Part shown: piece after piece, positions 9,658 through 20,607 of the stretch | Numbering within the stretch: the stretch's first letter is position 1 | Layout: every line of letters starts with the position of its first letter | Source of the DNA: Desulfosoma sp. | GTDB taxonomy: Bacteria > Desulfobacterota > Syntrophobacteria > Syntrophobacterales > DSM-9756 | Reading direction: 5' to 3' | Assembly (NCBI GenBank): GCA_037481835.1 | Contig: JBBFKW010000017.1 | Coordinates: 32,001-96,000 of the forward strand | Length of the DNA: 64,000 bases | Notes under the pieces: model-generated | Database searches by the model: none | What the model saw: the letters and a program-made list of their open reading frames with translations, nothing else | Told to the model about the DNA's origin: nothing | Translations under genes and position numbers: made by a program

Positions 9658-11496
9658 CTAGACGCGGCCGTTCTTTTCCATCTCTTCCATTTTGGCCAGA
9701 TCTTCAAAGCGGATGTCGATACCCAAGATGCCCACGATTTCTTCAAAATCGTTTCGGATGGGCGCCGATACCGTGATGCACAAGGCCCCGGTGTAGCGGG
9801 ACGTGTAGAAATCAGTCACATGGACCTTGCCGTCCCGCATGGGTTCGATGAACCACGGGCGGTCGGAAAGGTCTTCTCCCACTTGGGCCGACTCGTACTT
9901 GGCCCGGTCCGTGATGTGGGTGATGTTGCGGGTGATCTTTCGCCCTTCGGCGTCCGTCACGTACACGTATTGGATGAACGGGTTGAGTTCCAAAAGGGTT
10001 TGCAGGACGGGTTCCTGCAACGAAGGATCCATGCTCTTGACGGCCGCGTTCTCCACCACTTCCGCCACCAAATGGGCCGCCAGGGACCGGGCGCGTTTTT
10101 TGAGCCGATCGAATTCGCTCACGAAGTACTCGGGCAGGTAGCGTCTCGCCCACCGCTCCAGCTCCTCGTTGGAAATGGACGTGGTGCGCCCCGCCGCATA
10201 TTCTTCCATGACGCGCTTGTGAATTTTCACAATGCCCGGATGGCGCTTGTCGAGCCTTTGCTCGCCGCTCAGACGCAGCCGGTTGTTCACCCAGTAGGCG
10301 ATGCCGGCCACCCCGGACTTGTCCGTGATAATGACGCTCACGGGCCGTTTCAGGAGCCGCTTGGTATCGAAAATATTATAGATTTCTTCGTCCTTGACGA
10401 GCCCGTCGGCGTGAATGCCCGCCTTCGTGGCGTTGAAGTCTTCACCCACGAAGGGATAATTGGGCGGAATGCGATAGCCCAGCTCTTTTTGAAAGTATTC
10501 GGCGGCATCGGTGATGGCCGTTGTATCAATGCCGTCCATGGACCCTCGAAGGCCGATGTATTCCATGAGGAGGCCTTCGATGGGGGCATTGCCGGTGCGT
10601 TCCCCGAAGCCCAAAAGGGTGCCGTTGGCGCCGCTGCACCCATAGAGCCATGCCGTGGCGGCGCACACGAGCACCTTGTGGAAATCGTTATGGCCGTGCC
10701 ATTCCAGCAGATGCCCGGGAACGCCCGCTTCATCGATGAACGCCCGCACCAGTTTGGGGACGCTGCGAGGCAGTGCGGCCCCCGGATAGGTCACCCCGAA
10801 GCCCATGGTGTCGCACAGGCGGATCTTGATGTCGATGCCGCTTTCTTCCCGAAGTTTCATGAGTTCGATGGCAAAAGGAATGCAAAACCCATAAGTGTCG
10901 GCCCGAGTCACGTCTTCGAAATGGCAGCGTGGAACGATCCCCTTGTCCAGGGCCGCTTTCACGATGGCGAGATATTTTTCCAGGGCTTCCTTGCGGGAGA
11001 GCTTCATCTTGAGGAAGATGTGGTAGTCGGAAACCGAGGTGAGAATGCCCGTTTCCTTGAGGCCGGCATCCACCACCAGTTGGAGGTCGGCGGCCACGGC
11101 CCGCACCCACCCGGTGATCTCCGGATAGCGATAACCCTTGGCGAGGCAGGCTTCCAAAGCCCGTCGGTCCTTGTCCGTGTAAAGGAAAAATTCCGACTGG
11201 CGGATGACGCCCCTGGGCCCCGCCATGCGATGGAGGAATTCGAAAATCCTCTCGATCTGCTCCACCGTGTAGGGCGGCCGCGCCTGCTGCCCGTCCCGGA
11301 AAGTGGTGTCCGTGATGAAGATGTCTTCCGCCGGGTCGATGGGGAGCAGCTTGTGGTCGAAATCAATCCGGGGCACTTCCACATAGGGGAAGACATTGCG
11401 CATCAGGTTGGGTTCCGGAATGTCCACGAGCCGGTGGTGCCAAAACCCTGAGTGCTCGTGGTCCAGAACGCGTTTCTTTTCGTTCCATCGGGCCAT
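9658..11496 (-). CDS. DRE-TIM metallolyase, Re-citrate synthase-like, with C-terminal Cache-like domain
   Basis: ITDTTFRDGQQ, SVSDYHIF, RCHFEDVTRAD, CDTMG, EWHGHNDF, GERTGN, AGIHADG; C-terminal DRPWF...CITVSAPI...GILGIDI. Confidence 0.82.
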   Translation of the reverse strand: MARWNEKKRVLDHEHSGFWHHRLVDIPEPNLMRNVFPYVEVPRIDFDHKLLPIDPAEDIFITDTTFRDGQQARPPYTVEQIERIFEFLHRMAGPRGVIRQSEFFLYTDKDRRALEACLAKGYRYPEITGWVRAVAADLQLVVDAGLKETGILTSVSDYHIFLKMKLSRKEALEKYLAIVKAALDKGIVPRCHFEDVTRADTYGFCIPFAIELMKLREESGIDIKIRLCDTMGFGVTYPGAALPRSVPKLVRAFIDEAGVPGHLLEWHGHNDFHKVLVCAATAWLYGCSGANGTLLGFGERTGNAPIEGLLMEYIGLRGSMDGIDTTAITDAAEYFQKELGYRIPPNYPFVGEDFNATKAGIHADGLVKDEEIYNIFDTKRLLKRPVSVIITDKSGVAGIAYWVNNRLRLSGEQRLDKRHPGIVKIHKRVMEEYAAGRTTSISNEELERWARRYLPEYFVSEFDRLKKRARSLAAHLVAEVVENAAVKSMDPSLQEPVLQTLLELNPFIQYVYVTDAEGRKITRNITHITDRAKYESAQVGEDLSDRPWFIEPMRDGKVHVTDFYTSRYTGALCITVSAPIRNDFEEIVGILGIDIRFEDLAKMEEMEKNGRV

Positions 11497-11502
11497 GGAG
11501 GG

Positions 11503-13329
11503 TTACCTCCCCTCTTTTTCCACCTTGATGCACAGCTCCAGGAGCTGGCTCACGTCCGGCTCCGACGGCGCTCCGCTCATGAGGCAGGTGGCTTTTTGCG
11601 TTTTCGGGAACGCGATGACATCCCGAATGGAAGAGGCGCCCGTCATGAGCATGACCAAGCGGTCGAAACCGAAGGCAATCCCGCCGTGGGGCGGTGCGCC
11701 GTATTGCAGGGCATCGAGCAGAAAGCCGAACTTTTCCCGAGCTTCCCGCTCTCCGATGCCGAGGGCCGCGAAGATCCTTTTCTGGACGTCTTCGCGGTGG
11801 ATGCGGATGCTTCCCCCGCCGATTTCCGTGCCGTTGAGCACCAAATCGTAGGCTCGGCTGCGCACCTTGAGGGGATCCGCTTCCAGAAAATCCATATCCT
11901 CTTCCAGCGGGGATGTGAAGGGATGATGCACCGCCACATAGCGTTTTTCATCCGCATCCCATTCGAGGAGCGGGAAATGGGTGACCCAGCAGAACCGATA
12001 TTCTCCCTTGGGAATGAGGCCGATCTGCTGTGCGAGCCGTGTGCGCACGTTTCCCAGGGTTTCATGCACCACGGCGCTCTGATCGGCCACAAAGAAAAGG
12101 ATGTCCCCGGGCCGGCCTTCCATTTTTTCCGTGACGGCCTCACGTACGGACTGGGGAAGGAACTTGGCGATGGGCGACTGCCATCCGTCGGCTTGCAGCT
12201 TGGCCCACGCCATGCCCTTGGCGCCGAATTCCTGGGCGTATTGAACCAGATCGTCCAGATCCTTCCGGGATAGCCGTCCCCCATCGGGAAGGCGAAGACT
12301 TTTCACCACACCGCCTCGTTCCACCGCGTCCCGAAAGACGCGAAATTCGCAGCCTTTGACGATCTGGGTGAGGTCCGTGAGCTCCAAGCCGAAGCGCAGA
12401 TCGGGCCGATCGGTGCCGTAACGGTCCATGGCTTCCCGGTACGGAAGGCGCGGAAACGGCACGGGAACATCCAGTCCCAAAAGGTCCCGGAACAAAACGG
12501 CGATCCACCCTTCGATCAGCGGGTAGATGTCCTCTTCCTCGATAAAGCTCATTTCCAGGTCCAGCTGCGTGAATTCCGGCTGCCGGTCCGCCCGCAGGTC
12601 CTCGTCTCGAAAGCACTTGACGATCTGCATGTAACGTTCGAAACCGGCCACCATGAGCAGCTGTTTAAAGAGCTGGGGGGACTGGGGCAGGGCGTAGAAC
12701 TTGCCGGGGTTGACGCGGCTGGGCACGAGGTAGTCCCGGGCTCCTTCCGGCGTGCTCTTGGTCAGCACCGGAGTTTCCACTTCGATGAAGCCCCGCTCGG
12801 CGAAATAGTTGCGGGTGAGAAAAGCGGCTCGATGCCGCAGCCTCAAATTGGCCTGCATGGACGGCCGCCTGAGATCCAGGTATCGGTATTTCAACCGCAC
12901 GCTTTCGCTGGCTTCCGTGTCATCTTCGATGAGGAAAGGCGGCGTCTTGGACACGTTGAGGATTTTGAGGGCATGCACGAGAACCTCGATCTCCCCCGTG
13001 CGCAGTTTGGGATTGGCCATGCCCTCCGGACGCGCGCGCACCGTTCCTTGAACGGCGATGACATATTCGCTGCGCAAGGCGTGGGCCGTCTCATGCGCCT
13101 CGGCATCGGCCTGCGGGTCGAAGACGATCTGGGTGATTCCGTCTCGGTCCCTCAGGTCGACGAAGATGAGGCCGCCGTGGTCGCGGCGCCTTTGGACCCA
13201 GCCCATCAAGACCACCTGTCGGCCCACGTGTTCGAGCCCAAGGCCGCCGCACTCATGGGTGCGGCGCCAGCCGTTTAAGGATTCCAGAACGATCGACGGG
13301 GATTCCATGTGTTTCGCTTCTTGATCCAC
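11503..13329 (-). CDS. aspS: aspartate--tRNA ligase (probably non-discriminating Asp/Asn type)
   Basis: [60 protein letters not shown]. Confidence 0.97.
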   Translation of the reverse strand: MDQEAKHMESPSIVLESLNGWRRTHECGGLGLEHVGRQVVLMGWVQRRRDHGGLIFVDLRDRDGITQIVFDPQADAEAHETAHALRSEYVIAVQGTVRARPEGMANPKLRTGEIEVLVHALKILNVSKTPPFLIEDDTEASESVRLKYRYLDLRRPSMQANLRLRHRAAFLTRNYFAERGFIEVETPVLTKSTPEGARDYLVPSRVNPGKFYALPQSPQLFKQLLMVAGFERYMQIVKCFRDEDLRADRQPEFTQLDLEMSFIEEEDIYPLIEGWIAVLFRDLLGLDVPVPFPRLPYREAMDRYGTDRPDLRFGLELTDLTQIVKGCEFRVFRDAVERGGVVKSLRLPDGGRLSRKDLDDLVQYAQEFGAKGMAWAKLQADGWQSPIAKFLPQSVREAVTEKMEGRPGDILFFVADQSAVVHETLGNVRTRLAQQIGLIPKGEYRFCWVTHFPLLEWDADEKRYVAVHHPFTSPLEEDMDFLEADPLKVRSRAYDLVLNGTEIGGGSIRIHREDVQKRIFAALGIGEREAREKFGFLLDALQYGAPPHGGIAFGFDRLVMLMTGASSIRDVIAFPKTQKATCLMSGAPSEPDVSQLLELCIKVEKEGR

Positions 13330-13367
13330 TGCGCGCTCCTATCCGTTCGACGCCCGCCCCCCTGGGT

Positions 13368-14675
13368 TCATCTCGAGGAGGGTGTCGGGCCGAACCCCGG
13401 GGTTCGGCCCCGGGAGGACACGATGTGCCCTTTGAAATATTCCACAAGATCCGACAGAGAGACTTCCGTCTGCGACTTCTCTTTCATGTTGCGTACGACG
13501 GCCACACCCTTGGCGAGCTCCTCCTCGCCGAGGATGACCACGTGGGCGGCGGCCAGTTTGTCCGCACGGCGCATTTGGCTCTTCAGGCTCCCGCCGCCGT
13601 AGGCCATTTCCACGGCAACGCCGGAGCGCCGAAGGGCCTGGACAGCACGAAAGGCTTCCAAAACGGGCTTTTCGCCCAGCACGGCCACGAAGACGTCCGG
13701 CGCCCCGGCTTCAAGGCTCCGCCCTTGCTGGAGTAAGAGGATCAAGCGTTCCATGCCGATGGCAAAGCCGATTCCCGGAAGATCCGGCCCCCCGAGATCC
13801 CGCATGAGGCCGTCGTAACGGCCGCCGCCGCCTACGGCGTTTTGCGCCCCCAAACGGTCGGTGACGACTTCGAAAGTCGTCCTCATGTAGTAGTCCAAAC
13901 CGCGCACCATGCGGGGATCAACAGTAAAAGCCACATCGAGCCCCGTCAAATATGCTCGAACCTTTTCGAAATGACGGGCGCAGTCCTCGCACAAGTACCG
14001 GACCAATTCGGGCGCCCCCGCAAGCGCCTCCCGGCACCGATCCACTTTGCAGTCGAAAACCCGCAGAGGGTTCACGTGACGGCGCCGATCGCAGTCGGGG
14101 CAGAGTTGCGGGGATCGCTCGTGCAGGAATTTTTTCAAATCGTCCCGAAAAAGGGGACGGCATCGGGGACAGCCCAAGGAGTTGATATGGAGCCCGACCC
14201 CTTGGAGGCCGAGGCGCTGGAGAAAATCGCACAACATGACCATGACCTCGGCGTCCAAAAGGGGATCGTCGATCCCGAACACCTCGGCGTCAATCTGATG
14301 AAACTGACGGTATCGGCCCTTCTGAGGCCGCTCATGCCGAAACATGGGGCCGATGGTGTAGAATTTTCGAGCCAGCGGGTCCGCCTGAAGGTTGTGTTCA
14401 ATAAAGGCACGGACCACGGACGCCGTCGCTTCGGGCCTCAGCGCCAGCCACTGGCCTTTGCGATCCGCAAAGGCGTACATTTCCTTTTCCACGATATCCG
14501 TGCTTTCGCCGATGCTGCGCGCGAAAAGCTCCAACTTCTCCACAACCGGTGTTCGGATCTCCCGGTACCCGTAAAGCTCCAGGACGTCCCGCGCCGTCCT
14601 TTCCACCATCTGCCACCAATGGACGGCGTCGGGCAAAATGTCGTTCATCCCCCGGATCGCTTGCACTCGTTCCAC
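13368..14675 (-). CDS. hisS: histidine--tRNA ligase
   Basis: LRPEATAS, FRHERPQKGRYRQFHQ, VRGLDYY, GGGRYDGL, GFAIGMER; GTG start chosen from RBS. Confidence 0.97.
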   Translation of the reverse strand: MERVQAIRGMNDILPDAVHWWQMVERTARDVLELYGYREIRTPVVEKLELFARSIGESTDIVEKEMYAFADRKGQWLALRPEATASVVRAFIEHNLQADPLARKFYTIGPMFRHERPQKGRYRQFHQIDAEVFGIDDPLLDAEVMVMLCDFLQRLGLQGVGLHINSLGCPRCRPLFRDDLKKFLHERSPQLCPDCDRRRHVNPLRVFDCKVDRCREALAGAPELVRYLCEDCARHFEKVRAYLTGLDVAFTVDPRMVRGLDYYMRTTFEVVTDRLGAQNAVGGGGRYDGLMRDLGGPDLPGIGFAIGMERLILLLQQGRSLEAGAPDVFVAVLGEKPVLEAFRAVQALRRSGVAVEMAYGGGSLKSQMRRADKLAAAHVVILGEEELAKGVAVVRNMKEKSQTEVSLSDLVEYFKGHIVSSRGRTPGFGPTPSSR

Positions 14676-14961
14676 TACCCCATCCTCATGGTTCCAAGCC
14701 GAGAGCTCCAAACCTCCCGGGCTCCACCGAGCCTCTTGCCCTGAAAAACCTTCACATCCCCCGAATCATAAACGGTTTCTAGTAGAAAAGGGCCATGATA
14801 AAGTCAAGCAAAACCTCGGAAGGCCTCAGTATTGCGGCGTTCTATGGGGGCCGCCGGCGCCTTGTGACGTCAAAGTCTTGACTGCAAATCAAAATCCTTT
14901 ACACTGCGGGACAGTGGATGCCTGGCAACCCGAACACGCCTTTCACAACAGGGAGCGGCGG

Positions 14962-16356
14962 ATGGACACACGGGCCCCTCTGAGCGAGATCCTGGTGGTG
15001 GATGACACGCCCGAGACCCTTCAGGTGGTGGTGGAAGGGCTCCAAGAAGAAGGCTATCGAGTGGACATGGCCTCGAGCGGTCTCGAAGCCGTCAAGAAAG
15101 CGTCCCAACACGTCTACGACATCGTTCTGACGGACCTCGTCATGCCGGGCATCGACGGCTTGCAGGTGCTCGCCCATTTTGCCGAACACCATCCGGAAAC
15201 CGTGGTGATCGTCCTCACCGGCTATGCGACCATCGAAACGGCCGTGGAGGCCATGAAGCGGGGAGCCTTCGATTACCTCACCAAACCGGCCAAGTTGGAC
15301 GAAATCCTCGTGGTCTTGGAAAAAGCTCGGGAATTCATCGCGCTGCGTTCCGAAAACGATCTCCTGAAATCCCAGCTTCAGGCCCGATACGGATTCGATA
15401 AAATCATCGGCCAAAGCCAGGCCATGCAGTCCATCTATCGCATCATCGAGCGGGTCGCACGAACGGAAACCACCGTGCTCATCACGGGGGAAAGCGGCAC
15501 GGGCAAGGAACTTATCGCCAACGCCATCCATTACAACAGCGAACGGCGCGATAAGCCTCTGGTGCCCATCAATTGCGGCGCCATTCCCGAAGAACTCCTG
15601 GAAAGCGAGCTTTTCGGCCATGAAAAGGGGGCCTTCACGGGAGCCCTGCGCGACCGCAAGGGGCGTTTCGAGCTCGCCCATCAAGGGACCGTGTTCCTGG
15701 ACGAAATCGGGGATATGAGCCCCAAGCTCCAGGTGAAGCTCTTGCGGTTTTTGCAAGAGCGCAAGTTCGAAAGGGTGGGAGGCTCCCGCACCATCGAGGT
15801 GGATGTGCGCATCATCGCCGCCACCAACAAGGATCTGGACAGCGCCGTGAGAAACGGCTCATTTCGCGAAGATCTCTATTTCCGGCTCAACGTCATTCCC
15901 ATCCATGTCCCGCCCTTGAGGGAGCGGGAAGGGGACATTCCCCTGTTGATCCAGCATTTTCTTCGCCTCCACTGCCAGAAGAAGAACCTCCCTTTGAAGA
16001 AAATGGAAAAGGACGCCATCCGCTGCATGGAATCCTACGAATGGCCGGGAAATGTCCGCGAGCTGGAAAACCTCATCGAACGCCTGGTGATCCTCACGGA
16101 AGGAGACGTCATCCAGATTCAGGACCTTCCGGAGCGCATCCGCAAGGCCGCCCCCAAACCCGCCGCTCCCGCCGTGGAAATCGGGGAGGAAGGTATCGAC
16201 CTCAAGCAGATCCTTGAAGATTTGGAAAATAAACTCATTCTGGACGCCTTGAGGAAAGCCGGTGGCGTCAAAAACCAAGCGGCCAAACTCCTGGGCTTGA
16301 ACCGCACCACTCTCATCGAAAAGCTCAAGAAAAAACAGCTCCAGATACCCCTCTGA
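14962..16356 (+). CDS. sigma-54-dependent Fis-family response regulator (NtrC/AtoC-like)
   Basis: receiver (ILVVDD, TDLVMP, KP), GESGTGKE, ELFGHEKGAFTGA, FREDLYFRL, WPGNVREL, C-terminal HTH. Confidence 0.95.
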   Translation: MDTRAPLSEILVVDDTPETLQVVVEGLQEEGYRVDMASSGLEAVKKASQHVYDIVLTDLVMPGIDGLQVLAHFAEHHPETVVIVLTGYATIETAVEAMKRGAFDYLTKPAKLDEILVVLEKAREFIALRSENDLLKSQLQARYGFDKIIGQSQAMQSIYRIIERVARTETTVLITGESGTGKELIANAIHYNSERRDKPLVPINCGAIPEELLESELFGHEKGAFTGALRDRKGRFELAHQGTVFLDEIGDMSPKLQVKLLRFLQERKFERVGGSRTIEVDVRIIAATNKDLDSAVRNGSFREDLYFRLNVIPIHVPPLREREGDIPLLIQHFLRLHCQKKNLPLKKMEKDAIRCMESYEWPGNVRELENLIERLVILTEGDVIQIQDLPERIRKAAPKPAAPAVEIGEEGIDLKQILEDLENKLILDALRKAGGVKNQAAKLLGLNRTTLIEKLKKKQLQIPL

Positions 16357-16389
16357 ACCCGCCCCACAGCCCCAACCCATGGAGGTGCC

Positions 16390-16628
16390 GGTTGGGGGAG
16401 CGCAGCGAGGCCCAATAATCAATAAAGCCCAACGCGCGTTGAATCGGGCCGTGGCTTTCCCGCATGGTCCAAAGAGGGCCCTTGTCCGGACGCCATCCGA
16501 AACCGGATATCGGCACACGGCCAACCAGGCCGCGGCGGGGCAAACGAGGCCGTGTCCGGCGGAGTTGGTGCGCCCCTCCGGGGCTGGGGGATGCGGGGGG
16601 CCGCGGAGCCAGGGCTGCGCCCTGGGCT
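16390..16628. repeat. degenerate REP-like palindromes
   Basis: ggttgggggagcgcagcgaggcccaa (16390-16415) resembles the GTAG REP; hairpins cgcccctccggggct (16571-16585) and agccagggctgcgccctgggct (16607-16628). Confidence 0.5.
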
Positions 16629-16813
16629 TTAATCCCGCGATCCTCCGGGGCCTCGCCCGCGGTGGAACCCCACCGGTGCCCATGGCGTTTTCCCTTCTTG
16701 GTTTGCGAGGGCAATGGGTGTATAGATCCCCTCTTCCGAAGAAGGAACGCATCATCCGGCCGTTCATGTCTTTGTGTCGCAGGTGAGCGCCTTTTCGTTA
16801 AAGGAGACCGTCC

Positions 16814-18040
16814 TTGCAGACCGCCATCATCGCCGTGTTCGTCATCGCTTACATCGGGGTGGCCCTTGGGCGAATTCCCGGGCTCGCCCTGGATCGGACG
16901 GGAATCGCGCTCCTGGGGGCCATGATCATGGTGGCCATCGGCACCATGAGCACCCACGAAGCGCAAAATGCCATCGATATCCCGACAATCCTTCTGCTCT
17001 ACGGCCTCATGATCCTTTCCGCCCAGTTCCGACTGGCGGGCTTCTACACGTGGACGGCGCTCAAGATCACCCGATGGCTGGACCATCCCTTGCGCTTTCT
17101 CCTGGTTTTGATGCTGACCACCGCCCTTTTTTCCGCCGTGCTGGCCAACGACATCGTCTGCCTCGCCTTCACCCCCGTGCTCACGGTGACCCTGGCCCGA
17201 AGGTCCCTCAACCCCGTCCCTTTTCTCATCGCCGTGGCCGTTGCCAGCAACATCGGATCGGCGGCCACCATCATCGGCAACCCTCAAAACATGCTCATCG
17301 GCCAGGTGGGAAAATTGGATTTTCTGAACTTTTTCCTCTGGAACCTCCCGCCGGTCCTGGTTTCTCTCGTGGCCGCCTACGGCCTGATCGTCGTCCTGTC
17401 CCGAAACCGCAGGGTCTTGGACCCCGGGAAACCCGCCACCATCATTGAAGGACACTGGCCGTCCTTCGACCGGCATCAGACTCGAAAGGGGCTGTTCTAT
17501 ACCATGCTTCTCATCGTCCTTTTCTTTTCGCCCATCCCTCGTCATGTGACGGCTCTTGGTGTGGCGGGATGTCTGTTGTGCAGTCGAAGGATGAAAACGC
17601 GATCCATCCTGGGCCTTGTGGACTGGCATCTCATCACGCTGTTTTGCAGCCTCTTCATTCTGGTCGCAGCCGTTGAAAAGGCGGGACTTCCCCGCATGAT
17701 CATGGGCGAACTCAACCACCACGCCCCGCACGTCACCGACCCCTATGGGCTGGCTCTCGTCTCTGTGGTGCTGTCCAACGTGACGAGCAATGTTCCAGCC
17801 GTCATGCTCCTGTCCAAATTTCTCCCACTGGGCCATGAGACGCTTTGGTACGTCTTGGCCGCTTCCAGCACCTTTGCCGGAAACCTGGTGACCATCGGCA
17901 GCATCGCCAACCTCATCGTGATTGAAGAAGCCGCCGCCCACGGCGTCGGCATCTCCTTCCGGGAACACGCCCGATATGGCATTCCCGTCACGGTGGTGTC
18001 CATGGCCGTCTTGTGCCTGTGGATTTTTTTCAGCCGGTAA
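16814..18040 (+). CDS. ArsB/NhaD-superfamily anion permease (YbiR/CitMHS-like)
   Basis: highly hydrophobic; LDRTGIALLGA, SAVLAND, ASNIGSAATIIGNPQN, SNVPAV, STFAGNLVTIGSIAN; AAGGAG RBS before TTG. Confidence 0.9.
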   Translation: MQTAIIAVFVIAYIGVALGRIPGLALDRTGIALLGAMIMVAIGTMSTHEAQNAIDIPTILLLYGLMILSAQFRLAGFYTWTALKITRWLDHPLRFLLVLMLTTALFSAVLANDIVCLAFTPVLTVTLARRSLNPVPFLIAVAVASNIGSAATIIGNPQNMLIGQVGKLDFLNFFLWNLPPVLVSLVAAYGLIVVLSRNRRVLDPGKPATIIEGHWPSFDRHQTRKGLFYTMLLIVLFFSPIPRHVTALGVAGCLLCSRRMKTRSILGLVDWHLITLFCSLFILVAAVEKAGLPRMIMGELNHHAPHVTDPYGLALVSVVLSNVTSNVPAVMLLSKFLPLGHETLWYVLAASSTFAGNLVTIGSIANLIVIEEAAAHGVGISFREHARYGIPVTVVSMAVLCLWIFFSR

Positions 18041-18162
18041 GGGCTTGGGCCGGAAAAGAGCAGTGCCCTCGTTTCCCGAAACGCCGGCCTTCGGCCCGCG
18101 AAAAGGACGGGCACGACGGCGGCGTTTCCCAGGGAAGGGCCGTGATCCGAGGGATCCTTGTT

Positions 18163-18732
18163 TCAGAATCGTTTCAAAATGGGCAGGGCCTTGCGAAACT
18201 GCGCCGTTCCGGCGCGGTTTAACCACTCGAAACAAACCATTTCCGTGGACGTGATCACGGCGCCGGCGCGATCGAGCCTCTGGAGGCCGATCTGCCAATT
18301 GTGCTCGCTGCGGCTCGTGACGGCATCGCTCACCACATGCACCGTATAGCCCAAGCGCACCCCGTGAGCCCCCGTGTGGAAGATGCACACGTGGGACTCG
18401 ATTCCGGCCAAGACCAGCGTCTTTCGCCCCGACCCTGACACGGCTCGGGCCATGGCCTCGTTTTCGAAGCAACTGAATTCCACTTTGTCCAAAATGACGG
18501 GATCGGCGACTTTGGCCGTGAGTTCGGGCAGAAACCCACCCAGTTTTTCCGCGTTGTGCTGGGAAAACAGCACGGGGATGTTCAGCACCGCGGCCATATC
18601 CAGCAGGGCGACGACATTGTTGACGACCCGATCTTTGTGGACGCACAAATCCAACATGACGCTTTGAAGATCCACGAGAAAGAGCAGGCTTTCTTCCGGA
18701 CGGATAAAACGGCCGTGCAGGTTTTGGCTCAT
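18163..18732 (-). CDS. isochorismatase-family (cysteine) hydrolase
   Basis: LVDLQ, KVEFSC, GIESHVC, DAVTSR. Confidence 0.9.
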   Translation of the reverse strand: MSQNLHGRFIRPEESLLFLVDLQSVMLDLCVHKDRVVNNVVALLDMAAVLNIPVLFSQHNAEKLGGFLPELTAKVADPVILDKVEFSCFENEAMARAVSGSGRKTLVLAGIESHVCIFHTGAHGVRLGYTVHVVSDAVTSRSEHNWQIGLQRLDRAGAVITSTEMVCFEWLNRAGTAQFRKALPILKRF

Positions 18733-18769
18733 GGTGTCTCCTGTGTGCTGCGCCGTGGGGCGGAAAAGG

Positions 18770-18797
18770 GAAAGCCTGGAGAGCTCTCCAGGCTTTC
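18770..18797 (-). terminator. hairpin/terminator after fadL
   Basis: perfect 28-bp palindrome GAAAGCCTGGAGAGCTCTCCAGGCTTTC about 25 bp past the fadL stop. Confidence 0.65.
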
Positions 18798-18821
18798 ATT
18801 TCGACCACCCCCGGCGATGTT

Positions 18822-20180
18822 CTAGAACTTGTAGGAAGCGCTGATCCCGATGAGGTGAGCGTCCCCGTTTTCAAACTTGGATTGATAGACGCCGTCGGCA
18901 AGGCGCGGCTCCACCGTACGTTCTTCGATCATGAGATACGTGTAGGAAAGATCCAGAGTCCATGCGTTCCAGTGGAAGCCGGTCCCGATGCCGAACATGT
19001 GCCGGTCGTTGGCCGGCACCAGGTAGTCCACCGTGGAATCGGGGATGGGCGATTCATCGAAAATGTAACTCGCGCGAAGGTCGAACCAATCGGTCACTTT
19101 ATATTCCGCCCCGATGCTCAGGCGCCACACGTCCATCCAGTTTTTCGCCTTGGTCACGCTCGTCACGCCCGGCAAAATGGCTTCGTCGTACTTGATGGTC
19201 AGATCTTTATAACTGCTCCAACCGGTCCAGATGGCTCCCAGCTCGATAAGCAGTCGGTCCATGGGGCGAATGCCCGCACCCAAAAAGAGCATATCCGGCA
19301 GCATGACACTGCCTTCGGCTCCGGTGTCGTTAAACCATGTGGCCGTGGCGGCAGCGAGGGGACCGGAGGTGAGGGCCGCTGGCTTGGTGAAATCGGCGTC
19401 CCCGTCGATGTGTTGTTTCACGTTGCTGTGATAGGACGCGCCCAGAGAAAGCCAGTCCGCCGGTTTCACGTGGAGCCCCAACGTGAAGCCGTACCCGAAG
19501 GTATCCCCCGTGAGCTTGCTCTTGACATCGAGGGCGCTCGTGGTGGGATCATTGATCCTCGTGGAATAGCCCAAAGCCGCCAAGGTCGAGCCCGCTCCGC
19601 CTCTGACGAAAGGCGCCGTGGCATCGATCTTCTGCTCCAGGGTGAGATCGAACCACATGACTTCGACGCCGGCGGCAACGGAGACCATGTCGTTGAGCTT
19701 CACCGCCACGTTGGGATTAAAAGACAGGGTTTGAATGACGGCGTTATAGTTGTTGTAGCGGCCCCACCAGTTCTTGTCGAATTCGGTGCCCAAGCCGAAG
19801 CGGGAATAAAGACCCGCCCCGAACCACAGTGCGTCCGAAAACTGATAGCTGGCATACAAGTGGGGCGGGATCCACACGTTGCTTTCCGCCGACTTGGTGT
19901 TGCTCTGCCCGGAATAGGGATTGACCGTCGTCACATCCGTCATGGGTGCAATAAAGGTGGCGCCGGCCATGACCTGTACGCCGGGAAGCTGCGTGATCCC
20001 CGCCGGGTTGAAAAACAAGGCCGAAACATCGTCAGCGCTTCCTGTGAGGTTTCCGCCCAAAGCATTGCCGCGGGCGCTGCCTTCATAGAGGGCAAAACCC
20101 GCCGCACCGGCCTGGGAGGCCACCATGAGGAGCAGCGCACCGAGCCCCAAAAAAGCCGCACACCAACGCTTTCCTTTCAT
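18822..20180 (-). CDS. fadL: OmpP1/FadL long-chain fatty acid outer membrane transporter
   Basis: signal peptide, AGFALYE, FFNPAG hatch motif, FGLGTEF, terminal YKF; GAGGAGGAG RBS. Confidence 0.92.
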   Translation of the reverse strand: MKGKRWCAAFLGLGALLLMVASQAGAAGFALYEGSARGNALGGNLTGSADDVSALFFNPAGITQLPGVQVMAGATFIAPMTDVTTVNPYSGQSNTKSAESNVWIPPHLYASYQFSDALWFGAGLYSRFGLGTEFDKNWWGRYNNYNAVIQTLSFNPNVAVKLNDMVSVAAGVEVMWFDLTLEQKIDATAPFVRGGAGSTLAALGYSTRINDPTTSALDVKSKLTGDTFGYGFTLGLHVKPADWLSLGASYHSNVKQHIDGDADFTKPAALTSGPLAAATATWFNDTGAEGSVMLPDMLFLGAGIRPMDRLLIELGAIWTGWSSYKDLTIKYDEAILPGVTSVTKAKNWMDVWRLSIGAEYKVTDWFDLRASYIFDESPIPDSTVDYLVPANDRHMFGIGTGFHWNAWTLDLSYTYLMIEERTVEPRLADGVYQSKFENGDAHLIGISASYKF

Positions 20181-20607
20181 CTCCTCCTCCTCGAAATGCC
20201 TAGAAGTTTCCGCAAAAGCCCCCTCTTCCCTTGGGAAGCCCGCCCAAGTCGGTTTGTCCTTTTTCGGACGAACTCCCACACCGTAAATCGCGCTCTCACC
20301 CCCTTTCCCTGAGGATCTCCCTTCTTCGGCCGATTCCCATAAAGCCCCAAGGGATCTCCGAGGACAAGGCCCGCTGCCCGCCACCCCGTGCCCCATCCGC
20401 CGTCGGGGTTGTCAACGGGCTCATTTTCGATCACATTGGAAGCCGTTGGCCCGGTGCGCTGCGGTGACATTGAAAGAAGAGGAACCCACGGACTTTTCGA
20501 CTACCGGGCAGAATCACCCTATCGAAGGCCTCAAAGGCGGTCAATGGGAAAGTGAAGAAAAGAACGCATCAAAGCCGGCGTTGTTCGCCAAAAATCAAGG
20601 AGAGGTC

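Noticed and set aside
14700..16810. sigma-54 promoter near the NtrC-like regulator
   Set aside because: No convincing TGGCAC-N5-TTGC found by eye in the flanking intergenic regions
16814..18040. Arsenite exporter partnering the ArsM-like fusion
   Set aside because: Broad ArsB/NhaD superfamily member of the YbiR/CitMHS type, 15 kb away, with no ars genes adjacent
16325..18901. 858-aa minus-strand ORF and other long antisense ORFs (9181-11451, 34227-36659, 46025-47806, 28553-30322, 48689-50362)
   Set aside because: They overlap clearly recognisable genes and have no motifs; expected shadow ORFs at high GC
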